NCBI RefSeq assembly: GCF_006345805.1
Contig: NC_042999.1
Location: forward strand, 53,382,001-53,446,000
Reading direction: 5' to 3'
DNA length: 64,000 nt
From: Octopus sinensis
Taxonomy: Eukaryota
In this document: positions 28,075 through 40,707 of the stretch, piece by piece
Layout: each line of letters opens with the position of its first letter
Position numbering within the stretch: the stretch's first letter is position 1
The notes under the pieces: generated by a model
Databases searched by the model: none
The model's input: the letters and a program-made list of their open reading frames with translations, nothing else
Told to the model about the DNA's origin: nothing
Position numbers and translations under genes: made by a program

Positions 28075-28643
28075 TTATAAGTTGTTTATAAATTTAACCT
28101 TTAAAGGTTTTTTGTAATATCTTGGCCATTGATAACATTTTTCGCGAAATTTTTTTTCCCACATTAGATGTTAATTTGATAGTGTTCACTTCCGGACTTT
28201 CTCACTCTTTGAGAGTTTTCAATTTGAATCGCACGTGTTTCGAATGAGCTGGAGAATTTCTATTGTTGGATATATTTGGGGTACTTAACTGTGCTCAGGA
28301 CTTAGTGTTTGCTTCTTCCATGGGTATGAGAAAGTATTTCATTTATTCATTTGCTGCAAAAATCACTGACGAAGAGAAGGTTCTTATGAATTAACTCTGA
28401 AATCGGGTCCGATATAGTAATAACGGAATTTTTTTAGAAATTTCTTTCGGTTTTCTTCGAGACGCGTGCCTATAGTGATGAATTATATGGTTATGGACGA
28501 TGTGTCTAGCTTCGGAATATTTGGCATTAGAATTTTTTTCTTTTGCCCTTGTTTATAAGTTGTTTATAAATTTAACCTTTAAAGGTATTTTTCAATATGC
28601 TGGCCATTGATAATTTTTTTTTCGAAACATTTAATCCCATATT

Positions 28644-28648
<5 letters not shown>
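28075..28648 (+). mobile_element. pLTR/retrozyme-like unit: about 90-bp direct repeats about 480 bp apart enclosing a hammerhead-like motif
   Basis: repeats at 28075-28168 and 28554-28648; CTGACGA-AGAG..CTCT-GAAA-TCGGG-TC near 28367-28410. Confidence 0.55.
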
Positions 28649-28680
<32 letters not shown>

Positions 28681-28796
28681 ATATTTAATCCTTCACCTCT
28701 GCTACTATCTGGCATATACAGGTGATTACACTTATCATGTATTCACTCTAAATTTACAGTACCTACCATATATATATATATATGAGGAGGAGGAGG

Positions 28797-29099
28797 AGAC
28801 CACCTTCGGTCATGACTAAACATGGGATTGCACCTAGAAAGTTACCCTCCGAGGTACAAGTCTGGGCAAGGTTGTTTATGGAAAGCTAGCAGTCGCCCAT
28901 GCATACAAGCCTCCCCTCTCCACACCACTGATTTTATCCAAGGAAAAGGCAAAGGCCGATACAGCTTCGAACCAGTGAGGTCGCAACTAATTTCCACAGC
29001 TGCGTGAACTGGAGCAACATGAAATAGAGTGTCTTGCTCAAGAACACAACACCCAGCCCGTTCCGGGAATCGAACTCACAACCTCACGATCGTAAGCTC
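28797..29099 (-). mobile_element. SINE family D
   Basis: homologous to 9150-9417. Confidence 0.88.
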
Positions 29100-29100
29100 T

Positions 29101-29319
29101 ACCAGATAAGCACATAAAAGTGAAGCTAGGTGGGAAAAATAGTATTCAAATATCGGAGGTAGTGTAATATGTTTTATTATTAAAGCTTCAAAAAGATCGC
29201 AAATATATCACACAAACTTCTACTCAGAGTTTCACGTTACCGTACGTCGGGAAACTCCGAGTAGCAGTTTTTTATTATATGTTTGTGATGTTTTTGAATT
29301 TTTAATAATAAAATGTATA
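29101..29319. mobile_element. older copy of the fold-back hammerhead mini-element
   Basis: similar to 39991-40130; degenerate minus-strand hammerhead 29221-29250 abutting an inverted partial copy. Confidence 0.7.
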
Positions 29320-29653
29320 TCTATAGTCAGTATGTTGGATGACTATATATATTTTTATTTACATTTTATTTACATTTTTTAGTGCTTTCTTCCGTTATCG
29401 GATCTATCAAAAGCGGTTTAAATTTAGATTTCTTGGCCTTTTTATACATAAAATATTCTGGGGTTTGCCAAGCAAGGGAGATGAAAGAAAGAAAATGAGA
29501 AAAATTTCCGAGTTTATTTCGCCACAGATATGAATCTTTTATTGCATTAATCAATTTTTTTCAAACATTTGTACTTATGTATGTGTGATGTGAGTATGTG
29601 TGCATAAATATAAACATGTACATATATAGCATATATAGAATGCATTTATATAT

Positions 29654-29700
<47 letters not shown>

Positions 29701-30380
29701 TGTGTGGGTGTATAGTATGCTCAAAAATTATTTTTTCAAAAACAAATCGAAAACATCTAGAATTTCAATACAAAAAAGCTTGACCACATCCCTTCAACCA
29801 TTCTTTAATGAATACAAAGAAAAAAAACAAGACTTGGAAATGCAATTATAATTTTTACTGAAGTCAGTCAAAACAACATCTGGATTTTCAATTATAAACC
29901 TACACTACTACAACTCTTTGACCACATTAATACAAAACCCACACCTTTTTACCTCCCCACCTTAATAAATACAAAAAAATAAAGAAACAAAACTTGGAAA
30001 TGCAATTATAATTTTTACTGAAGAAAGTCAAAGACAACATCTGGTTTTTCAATGAAAAAACCTTGACGAATTCAAATACAAAACTTCTTTTCCTTCTCCG
30101 CCCAAAAATCTCACTAAGTATTGAATCCTAACAATAAACAAGTCTGACCAATCCAACAGAAAAGCCACTCCCCTTTACCTCCCTCTCCTTCTCGGATGTG
30201 TTTTTTGTTCTTTTCCCTTGCTTGGCAAACCCCGCAATTTTTCATCAAACTTTAAAGCACTTTTTAATAAATCCGATAACGGAAAAAAGCACTAAAAATA
30301 TAAATAAAATGTGAATATAAATGCATGTTATTATCCAGCATTCTGACTACCTTATTCTAAATATACCTCACTTCAAAATA

Positions 30381-30460
<80 letters not shown>

Positions 30461-30569
30461 GGAAATAAAGTTAAGATAGAAAATGGTAAAATAATTATAT
30501 AAAATACATTTCAGTACCGGTTTCAGTCATGAGACTTTTCTACTGTAAGTATGGAAAACATTTAAATTT

Positions 30570-33090
30570 CAGGTCCTACTGTTATACTGAAATTCAGTAT
30601 ATGATACTTTAGTTGTATTCGTAAGACAACACAATATAGTCATATGCAATACATATAGCCCACCGGACGTTCCAAACCACATGGGCAAGTTTGAAGATTG
30701 CCTCACAAGAATAAAAGAAATCCTCATGAAACTAGAACATCCCTTGAGCGTGTTTCTTATGGGTGATTTCAACTTCCCCAAAGTCAAATGGGCCAAAGGC
30801 CGCATGCTGTCAGGAATTATTCAATGCAAATGACTCCCTACTCAACCTCTCCAAAGCCCTATTCATGGAGTAAATAGTACTCAGACCAATTAGCGTTGAT
30901 AACGTATTGGTTCTCTGCTTCACGGACAATATGGGCATCGTTCATAATGTGAACGTCTAGTGCAGAAAAAGAAGTGGCAATAGAAATAGCCTGTAGTCAC
31001 GTGTGTCTTAGTACATAAAGGAACAAGATTCCAAGTGAGAAGAAGATGCTCATAAGAGGACGGACGAAGGTTGCAAATCGCTTCAACCAACATCTCCAAA
31101 GTGGTGAAAGATCCTGCCTAAAAACAGCAATGATGGAGATTGAAAAAGTACGCAACAATCTTATATGAAGGGGAGAGCAGACAGAGAAGCCTGGGTTATA
31201 AACATATCAAGTCAAACCCAAAGGCTTTCTTTCATTATGTCAAAGGAACAGTCTCAGTTCCTTGCAAAATAGGATCCCTCTTCCAAATGGATATCTCCCT
31301 TACAGATAACTCAACCAATATCAGTGATGTAATGAATGACCAGGTCAAAAGTGCTTTTACCGCACCTTTAGAACAGAGACAAGTAAAGGAACCATTGGGT
31401 TTCTTTGCCGCCTCACCTATAACGAGAGAGGCAGTTATGATGGATTACATCGACATTGGTGAAGAAGATATATTAACCATAGATGAGGTAAACGCAAACT
31501 GAAATGCCGACCCTGATGGTTTCCCAGCAATCCTCCTCAAATCGTGTAAGACTTTTCTAGTAAATGGCAGGTTGCCAAGCAAGCTAACTGAAGGAGGGAA
31601 TATGCCCAATTCATGAAGGAGTAAGCAGAGTAGATGCCAAAAATCAAAGGCATATCTCTCTGACTTCACACATCAGCAAAGCCATGGAACAGGTAGTCAG
31701 AGGAAAACTAAACGCGTTCCTTGAAGAAAATGACTTGCAGAGTGTTACCCAGCATGATTTTCGGCCAGTTAGGAGCTGCCTGACCCAGCTGCTACAGCAC
31801 TATGAGAGGGTGTTGAGGCAGCTACTCGACAACTCAAATATGGACGTAATATACCTTGACTTTGCTAAAGCTTTTGATAAAGTTGATTATGGTATGATAT
31901 GCCACAAAGTGAATGATTTTGGCATAGCTAGAAAACTTAGAGATTGATTACATGACTTTCTGAAAGATAGAAGTCAGGTAGTAGTGGCCATTGCAGCCAC
32001 CTCAAAGAAAACACAAATAGAGAGTGGTATTCCACAAGGCACAGTCTTGGGACCACTGTTTTTCATAGTGTCCCTCTCAGATATACCTGGATAGCCACTC
32101 TTACCCTTACTCGCTACGCAGGTGACACGAAAGTCTCGTAGAAAAACAGAACCCTAGTGATGTTGCACACTTGCAGCAGGAGTTGGACTGAATTTACAGA
32201 TGAGCTGAGGACAATAATATGCAGATTAATGCTGCAAAATTCCAAGCCTTGCGCTACCAGTGCCCAAAATTGACCGTAAAACTTATAGGGTACACTGGCC
32301 CACAGGGGATTACAATCCCAGAACCTAAATCAGTGTGGAACCTGGGTATCGATATGAGTGTTGATACCTGTTTCCAAGAGCACATTACCAGGATGGCGAC
32401 AAAGTGCAGACGACTAGCTGGATGGATCCTGAAAACGTTCAGAAACAGATATAAGGAAACTATGATGGTCCTCTGGAGGAATTTCGTCCTCAGCCCTCTG
32501 GGTTACTCCTCCCAGCTATGGTCACTCAACAGTATAAGATTAGCAGCGGACCTTGAAGCAATCTAGCAAAGCTTCACTGAGGAGATCGTCTCATTGAAAC
32601 AGCTCAGCTACTAGGAAAGGCTGAAACAGCTAAGACTCTACTCCCTGGAGCGAAGGCAGGAAAGATATGTAGTAATATAAATCTGAAAGATCCGGGAAGA
32701 AATTGTGCCAAATTTTGGCATTGAAAGCTACACCTATGCCAGAACTGGTCGCCACTGCACAGTGCCGAAGATCCCAGCAATGCTGTCGGGCTTCAAACTA
32801 GTTACTGCAATAGCCTGGGTTTCAAGAGCCCACAGCTTTTTAATATTCTCCCAAAGAGCCTGAGTGAGGGACCCACACAAAATGGGTGTAGGTATTTTTA
32901 AGGCAAAACTGGATCTTTTCCTGTCGAGAGTCCCAGATGAACGTACCTCGCGGCGGGAGGCGCAAATGAAGGTAGCAACACCAAACTCATTCACCAAATG
33001 CCACATATCATAGGAGGCTCTCAATTATGACAGTGTAGCAAAACGGCGGTGCCCCAGCATGGTCACAGCTTTGAGCTGAAACTGATTAAA
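30570..33090 (+). mobile_element. CR1/L2-group LINE ORF2 (APE endonuclease + RT) and 3' end, pseudogenised
   Basis: LMGDFNFP, QHDFRPVRSCLTQLL, VIYLDFAKAFDKV, SGIPQGTVLGPL, YSSQLWS, FKAKLDLFL; multiple stops and frameshifts. Confidence 0.92.
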
Positions 33091-33102
33091 GAAAATATAT
33101 AC

Positions 33103-33144
<42 letters not shown>

Positions 33145-33198
33145 AAATAATTTAAATCTCAAATGCAGGATAAAATAACCAAATTTCCCAGAAAATGT

Positions 33199-33279
33199 GT
33201 GGGCGGCCAGCCATGAGACACGAACTCACAACCCTGTGATTACGCATCTAGTGCTTTACCTTTAAGCTAAACTGATCCA
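33199..33279 (-). pseudogene. tRNA-like sequence (decayed tRNA or SINE head)
   Basis: TAGCTTAAAGGTAAAGCA A-box/D-arm-like and GAGTTCGTGTCTC B-box-like. Confidence 0.5.
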
Positions 33280-34279
33280 AAGAGAAATTCTTCTCCAAAT
33301 TTAGGATATATGTTTATATGTCCTATATTTATATAGTCTAGCTTCGTAAGACGCCATCGTAAGTTAAATTCAAATTACAATGAAAGTAAACAAACTTTGC
33401 TTTAGAAGCTTTGAGATATATACGTACTTATTCGTTTATGCTTTTATTTGTTTCAGTCATTTGACTCCAGCCATACCGGAGCACCATATATATATATAAT
33501 GAAAATACATGTTGTGTACAAGACATCACCAACGAGTGAAAAATAGGTAAACCCACGAGAGATAAGTACAGGACAAAGTACCAAAAACATACACAATAAG
33601 TACATATCACCAATGTGTGAAAAATACATAAACACACGAGAGGAAAGCAGAAGGAAAAATACCGAAAGAAGATAACTCCTCATCAGTTGTCGGACTGTTT
33701 GTTACTCCTACTTTATGCTTTTAAAGACTATGAAGGGAAGTTCATAAGACAGCAGCATCCAGAAAATTTTAAAATATAAAATTCATGGAGCGTTAGAGAT
33801 TCGAACGAATAAAAAACTACAGAGTTGGCTTACAGAGTAAATAATCGACGAAAACAAACATTAAGGGCTGTTACACCAAGAAAAGTTGTAATGAGTAACG
33901 ACTGGAAAAATAATTAGAAGAGAAGAAAATAGTAGAAGAAAAAGATGTCGGGAATCGAGAAAAATGACATCCAACCCGATGAACGTCTAGTCCTGGAAAT
34001 AAAGGAGCGATAGACATGGCCTGTAGTAACGCATGAATAACAGAGGCAGAGCGGAAGGGAGAAAAGCGAGAGGATGAGGGAAAGAAATAAAAGGAGTGTC
34101 GGAGGAGAGAGAAGGAATTTCAGATAGTAAGGACTGGAAGAATGACAGATAAGGAAGGCAAAGAAGGTTATAGTGGGATAGAGATAAAGAAAGAAAACAG
34201 GGAGTCATTCTTTCTCCCTTCTCACTTCTTTTGCTTCTTTCCCTCACCCTCTCTCTTGTCTCCCTCATCTCTGCCTCTG

Positions 34280-34325
34280 ATGGATGGGTAGATGGATGGA
34301 TCGATAGACGGATGGATAGATAGAC

Positions 34326-34375
<50 letters not shown>

Positions 34376-34401
34376 GTTGATAGGTAGATAGATAGATAGA
34401 T

Positions 34402-34480
<79 letters not shown>

Positions 34481-34525
34481 GATAGATAGATAGATGATAG
34501 ATAGATAGATGATAGATAGATAGAT
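34280..34525. repeat. (GGAT)n/(GATT)n/(GATA)n microsatellite
   Basis: seen directly. Confidence 0.95.
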
Positions 34526-34660
34526 TAGAAAACAAATGCATATTTTAATTTAATAGGGCTGAAAATAGCAAAAGGTTAACCGGAGTTAATTGGAAACAAT
34601 AATTTCCTAATTGGTAATAAATGAAGAGAAATTGAAAAACATTATTTTGGTTCGACATAC

Positions 34661-34745
34661 TTGTATTAGTAGTCAAGTATATCCGCTGAATCATAAACAA
34701 CGTACACATGATACACAATATTAAACAACCACCACTCAATCGCAT
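34661..34745 (-). CDS. candidate first coding exon encoding a signal peptide-like N-terminus (exon 34661-34778)
   Basis: acceptor tttttatttccag at 34779; MRLSGGCLILCIMCTLFMIQRIYLTTNT; phase-1 donor A|gtatgt; lies in non-repetitive sequence. Confidence 0.4.
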
Positions 34746-35077
34746 CACATGATGAACCGCTGTGGCTTGACATACATGCTGGAAATAAAAAGCAACCACA
34801 CAAAATCACACACCTACTTCCTGCTGCCATTCAGAATAGCTAGTCCAGATATGCAAACAGATTTTACAATATTTTTTTTATATTTTCTAAAACTACCTTT
34901 TTTTTTATTGTAATTTTTACTTTTGGTGATTAAATCAGCAACTAATTTGACTTATGTGATTTACAACAACACATTATATATATATATATATATATATATA
35001 TAGATAGATAGATAGATAGATAGATGCATACATACCATGCATAAATACCATACATACACACCATACACACATACATG

Positions 35078-35121
<44 letters not shown>

Positions 35122-35696
35122 CGTGTGTGTGTGTATTTAAATCGATTTGTTTACATTTGAACACAATAAATATAAATGGAAGCCATCTTTGTTGGCGTTT
35201 TGTGATTTTAAAATCGCTCTTTTTTCTTTTCAGTTTCAGATTATTAAGAAGAAAAATGTTACTATAAATACAAAATGTGTATGTGCGAGTGTGTGTACAG
35301 TCATTCGTACATGCACACATATTCATGAATTAGCACACTTGGATAAGCAATTCTTAGGAACATCTACTCACATATACATTGTGTGTCTGTATATATTTAT
35401 ACATATACATATAATATGCAAATATATATGTGTGTGTGTTTGTGTATGTGTGTATATATGTATTTGCTCATGCTTCACATGCATACAGACAAGCAGACAC
35501 ACACACACACACACACAGATACGTACGTACACATGCACAATCACACTCAGATTTACACCTCATTTTTATAAAATGTCTTCAGGAATTTAAGCTTTGAACA
35601 TCAGTTGAGATTCAGCGACTAAAAAGGAAAAAACAGCCATGTTGTTGTTTTAAATTTACAAAAATATCAACAGCAACAATAATCACAATGATGATG

Positions 35697-35740
<44 letters not shown>

Positions 35741-36310
35741 GATAATTTTCTGTTAATTTTTAATGCAATTTCTTTTTAAATTATCAACTGATTACATTAT
35801 GTACAGCTGAAGTATTTTTATGTTTCTATGTAAATATATATCTCGTTTGCGTTTAATGAACGCGCTTGTAGTTTACGTTTAAAAACATACACACAGTTAT
35901 ATATATATATGTGTGTGTGAGTGCTGTGTGTGTGAGTGAACGAGCAAGTATACACGCATATCTCATCTGTTTACTTACAACGCTTTTACACACATACCCC
36001 ATACACACACATACAGTGTCCCCCTCTCTCTCTCTCTCTCTCTCATTGCCAGTTTGTATACATGTATATATAAATATGTCTGTGTGTATTTGTATGAATG
36101 CATTAATTTATGCCTGCATGTCCATGTGGTGCTACCCATTGCGTAATAATTAATATTTTTAAAATAATTAAAATTCTGTCTTTTAATTCCAAATAAATAA
36201 AATTCATCTCTACTTACAATTCCGCTTTCAGAGTTGCTAGAAACAGCAGCCAATACCCGAACACCCTCACAAAGAAATATCTTAATGAACAATGTAAAGG
36301 ATTTAAAAAT

Positions 36311-36500
36311 GGTGGCAGAATCTTCGGCATGCGGGACAAAATGCTGAACGGCGGCATTTCGTCGCTCTTTACGGTTTGAGATCAAATTCGATTTTGTCAA
36401 GTTCGATGCTGATCCTCATCCTTTAGGGGTCGATAAAGAAATTACCAGCTGAGCACCGGCGATCGGTCGAGGTAATCGACTCACCCCACCATTTGCTCAC
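36311..36500 (+). mobile_element. SINE family A, decayed
   Basis: GGTGGCAGAATC..CATCCTTTAGGGGTCGATAAA. Confidence 0.7.
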
Positions 36501-37899
36501 TTCTTCCAATGTGCTTCTCTTGTGAGGAAATTTAAAGCCAATATACTGTATTTAAATTTCGTGGTTGAACTTGCGGAATTTGTAAATCTGGGAGGCAAAA
36601 TCCGGTCTAATCATCATACTAATGTATGAAGATGAAAGCTTCATTACTAACCTGGAATGAGGCATCAAAACGGTCACCTGTATGCTAGAAAGAGTAACTA
36701 CTCAATCAAATGACACGCACAGAGACTAAGAGAAATTTTGAAAAGAAAACAAATCGACAATTTAGTCACGGCTGGATCGTTGGGGTGAATAACAAGTAGC
36801 CTTACAACAACCTACTTAAATTACACAATAGCAGTAACAGTATGGAGGAATGCGCTGTAACAGAGCGCGCGGCATCCTTATTTTGTCGGTCATTCATCAC
36901 TACCCTTGCCGATTGACACCATGTCACCGGTCAGGCAACAGCCTGACTCTTTCGGTTGTTGTTGCTGGTGAATGTTATACAAGGTCAGAGTCCAATTTTT
37001 GTTTCAACCTCGTTTAATCGCCCTTTAGGACAATCAGAGAAAACATTGGGTTTATTTTTGAAATATCGGCCCCCAAACAACACTAAGGCAACGTGAAATG
37101 AAGTGCTTTACTCAGAACCACAATACACAGCCCAGTCCGGGAACCGACCCAACGATGTGTTTATCTTGAATGCAACACCATGGCCACTAGGCTACCTGCC
37201 TTCACAAGTTAATCTGTAACTATTAAGTAGTTCGCTCACGTTAGAACATACACAATGAAGGTTCTCTTAAATATAACAAGCACAGATGCAGCTTCTCACT
37301 CCTGCGAAGGAATTACACTCCGTTGTGCATATATTGCCGCAATAGGCATCAAGTGGGTGACAGATTACTGTTTTGGAAGACATCTGTATAACGTTTCAGT
37401 CCTCTATCTGATGCACAGTGTCTTCCAACACATCCTACAAGTAGAGATTCCGTACAATGCGTAACTAACAGCTCTGAAGTCTTTTAAAACCTGGGGAACA
37501 AATTTGACCGCATGAAACAAATCATTACGGAATTACTAAAAATGGAGGCCAAAGTCGGAAGAAATCCTTTGGCACGATCAAACCTAAATGGATTCAATCA
37601 GTATATAACAAACAGCAGGAAACATAGAATATGAATGTAGGAAATTTACTGTTCCAAACTAACAGTAAAAAGATGGGGAAAATAAAAAATAACAACGATA
37701 AAACTTGAACACAGTCGTCCATTAAAATGAAACGTTAAAATTTAAAAAAACAACATGTATATCCATAAGTATATATATATATATATATATATCTATATAT
37801 ATATATATAATATATATATATATATATAAATATATGCATATATATGTACATATATGTACATACCTACATATATATGTATACATACATGCATATATGGGT

Positions 37900-38780
37900 A
37901 CAGAAGATAACAAAAAGTTGAACATAATGAGAAACGAAAACAAAACCAAAAACATAGTACACGAACTTTTTTCGAACAACGAAAACAAACTGAGAAACGA
38001 GACATGCAACATAAAGAATATTGCCCTTCATTAGTTGTCTCTGTTTCATCTACTCCGCGTTCGAAGGCAAGGACAATACGCGACTTCGTTGAAACAGTTC
38101 TTTCGCAAAGCAAATGAAAATAAATTTTGGGATTTTTTGCGGAGGGTGAAAGTTGTAACAAGAACAATACAGTGAGAACAATACAGTAAAACTAACGGTG
38201 AGGGCTGTTAAGTCAAGACGATAGAAAAATTATTATGAACGCAAGGAAGACTAGCTTATGAGAGGAGACAGTCACAACTGGTATTTATTACAAAAACACA
38301 GATACACACCAGTACCAGAATTTCAAATCAAGCCACACAACACACACAAAACGCAACATCCCGTACTGTCTAGCTAGGAAATTTTGTACTATAGTAGATG
38401 ATCCAAATACCAGAAACACACGACTTATAGAACTCACAGGATTTCTGCTCAAGCAATGTTACTCTCTCCTACTTATTGAAAATAGCATACAACAAGCAAA
38501 AGAGATACCTATAGAACAACTTAGAACAACACGTAAAAGATGAACTCACCAAAGAGACACAATACCATTTCTAGTAACTCACAATCCGCATCACCCAAAC
38601 ATTTTTAACATCTGCAAAACAATTTTGTCAATCATAAAATAAAGTCAAAAATTAAAAGACAATATAACTAATCAAACACTTATCTTAAGCAAAAGGTAAA
38701 ATTCAACATGGACAAACAGGATAGAAAATTCACAGTATCCAAGTGTAATGATAACAGATGTGAGACGAGTCAATACATGC
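37900..38780 (+). mobile_element. Penelope-like RT C-terminal fragment (38280-38780) with upstream oppositely oriented pLTR-like segment
   Basis: YKNTDTHQYQNFKSSH..KRNIPYCLARKFCTIV, IPFLVTHNP. Confidence 0.78.
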
Positions 38781-39189
38781 ATACTGAGCGAATTGAAACC
38801 GTCAGCGTTTGTTAGTTACAAAGAAGAAGCCATGGATGTTGTAGCATGGAAATCTAGATTTACTTACGGAGGCAGCAACTGTGTATCGCCTGAGGAGATA
38901 CATATAGATCTTCTTATAGAAGTAAATCGCTACATAATTTAATTACAACTTGTAGTGATTAAAAAGCTGTCTAACCGTACTTACTCTTCTTTTAGACTCT
39001 TACTTTTTACTTTCACACTCGAGGAATACCTAAGACTAGTATTGGTAGCATTTCCTAATTATACTACCGGCTATCTGGATGAACGAGCTCTATTTGTACT
39101 CTTATACGTTGTTAACGGAACATACCTCAACTATATAACAAATATAACAAGCACAAATTCAGCATCACATTTTAGCAAAAGCCTGGCGA

Positions 39190-39813
39190 TACCTGCTCAC
39201 AGGCCTATGCAAAGTTTTCAAAAACCTTTCGTCGTTCTCGACGCAATCAAGGAGATCTTGTGGAACTGAAACCCGACTGCTTTTTTGGGGGTCAGCTGAA
39301 AGCTGTTTTGGCACAAACTTGTGAGACACACGTCTCATATTCAGATCTTCAATGATAATAGACTGAACTGAACCGTAACTAATCTGCACATCCTCTGATA
39401 ACTCACGGATGGTGGTTCGACGATTTACCCTCACAGCTGCACGCACATCTGCGACGTTTTCCTGAGTTCTGCTGGTTGCTGGTTTCCTAGAATATTCGTC
39501 ACTATCGACATTTTCCCGCCATCTTGAAAACATCTGAACCACTCGTACACTTATGTACGGCTCATACACTCCTCTGCATACACTTTCTGCAACTTTGCGT
39601 TGGCCTCTGAGCAGGTATCGCCATGACACCCTTTCTGCCACGGTAAATGGGACAATCACATGCTACACACGTTCCTTCCTAGCACTGCTGTAAACAGCAG
39701 AAGCGAGATAGAGCTTTAAACTCAATGCGTATACACAGCCAAACGACTTTACTCATCGTGCTTTAGCTTCGTTACTATGTCAACAGGCCAGATACTTATT
39801 GATCAGAACACGT
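39190..39813 (-). mobile_element. mariner transposon 5' part (different subfamily)
   Basis: RKPATSRTQENV..NRRTTIRELSEDVQISYGSVQSII..KFVPKQL; terminus TACGTGTTCTGATCAATAAGT. Confidence 0.85.
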
Positions 39814-39955
39814 ATGTATGTATATAATAATAATAATAATAATAATAATAGGGAGTAAAACTCCAAACTTATTATTATATTATTTGTTATTTATGTATTG
39901 GTTTATGTCTATCACTGTTTGAGTTGCATAATTGTGGTTTTAACTCTAATTTATA

Positions 39956-39992
<37 letters not shown>

Positions 39993-40094
39993 GGAGTAAA
40001 CACATAAATGTGAAACAAGGTGGAAAAAAGAGTACTCAAATACCAGTGGTAGAGTAATATGCTTTATTTTAAGCAGCAGAAAATTCAACAAAAT

Positions 40095-40132
40095 CTGTTA
40101 CTCTGAGTTTCTCGTTGCCGTTCATCAGACAG
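40095..40132 (-). ncRNA. minimal type I hammerhead ribozyme motif
   Basis: CUGU-CUGAUGA-ACGgcaaCGA-GAAA-CUCAGAG-UA-ACAG. Confidence 0.8.
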
Positions 40133-40217
40133 TTTTTGCTAGAATGGAACCGATATATCAATTAGCGTTTGTAAGAGTCTAGATTGAATTGATATATCGG
40201 TTCCATTCTAGCAAAAA

Positions 40218-40255
40218 CTGTCTGATGAACGACAACGAGAAACTCAGAGTAACAG
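40218..40255 (+). ncRNA. minimal type I hammerhead ribozyme motif
   Basis: CUGU-CUGAUGA-ACGacaaCGA-GAAA-CUCAGAG-UA-ACAG; predicted cleavage after 40251. Confidence 0.8.
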
Positions 40256-40287
40256 ATTTTGTTGAATATCCTGCTGCTTAAAATAAA

Positions 40288-40324
<37 letters not shown>

Positions 40325-40331
<7 letters not shown>

Positions 40332-40613
40332 ACCACGTGACCGAGCAGACCATCGCTGGTCACAATGCGTTCGCATTGTTTTAGCCTTCGAACGACGCCA
40401 CCCCGCTGGCTAAGCGAGCAGGCCAACAGAAGAAAGAGTGAGAGAAAGAGTGGTGAAAGAGTACCGCATGGATCACCTCCCCCCTGCCGGAGCCTCGTGG
40501 ACCTTTTAGGTGTTTTCGCTCTATAAACACACACAACGCCCGGTCTGGGAATCGAAACCGCAATCCTCCGACCGCGAATCCGCTGCCCTAACCACTAGGC
40601 CATTGGGCCTCCA
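40325..40613 (-). mobile_element. tRNA-derived SINE, family C
   Basis: head GGAGGCCCAATGGCCTAGTGGTTAGGGC..GGTTTCGATTCC; matches 53454-53761. Confidence 0.9.
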
Positions 40614-40660
40614 TATATATATATAGGGGTTAGCCATATTCAAATGCCATATTTACATCA

Positions 40661-40707
<47 letters not shown>

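Larger units (their letters stand above)
39991..40288. mobile_element. non-autonomous fold-back mini-element in (TA)n with a 102-bp inverted repeat
   Basis: arms 40062-40163 and 40187-40288, 3 mismatches, 23-nt spacer; (TA)n on both sides. Confidence 0.9.

Noticed and set aside
33987-34541. 184-aa ORF
   Set aside because: Translation of (GATA)n/(GATT)n and purine-rich low-complexity sequence
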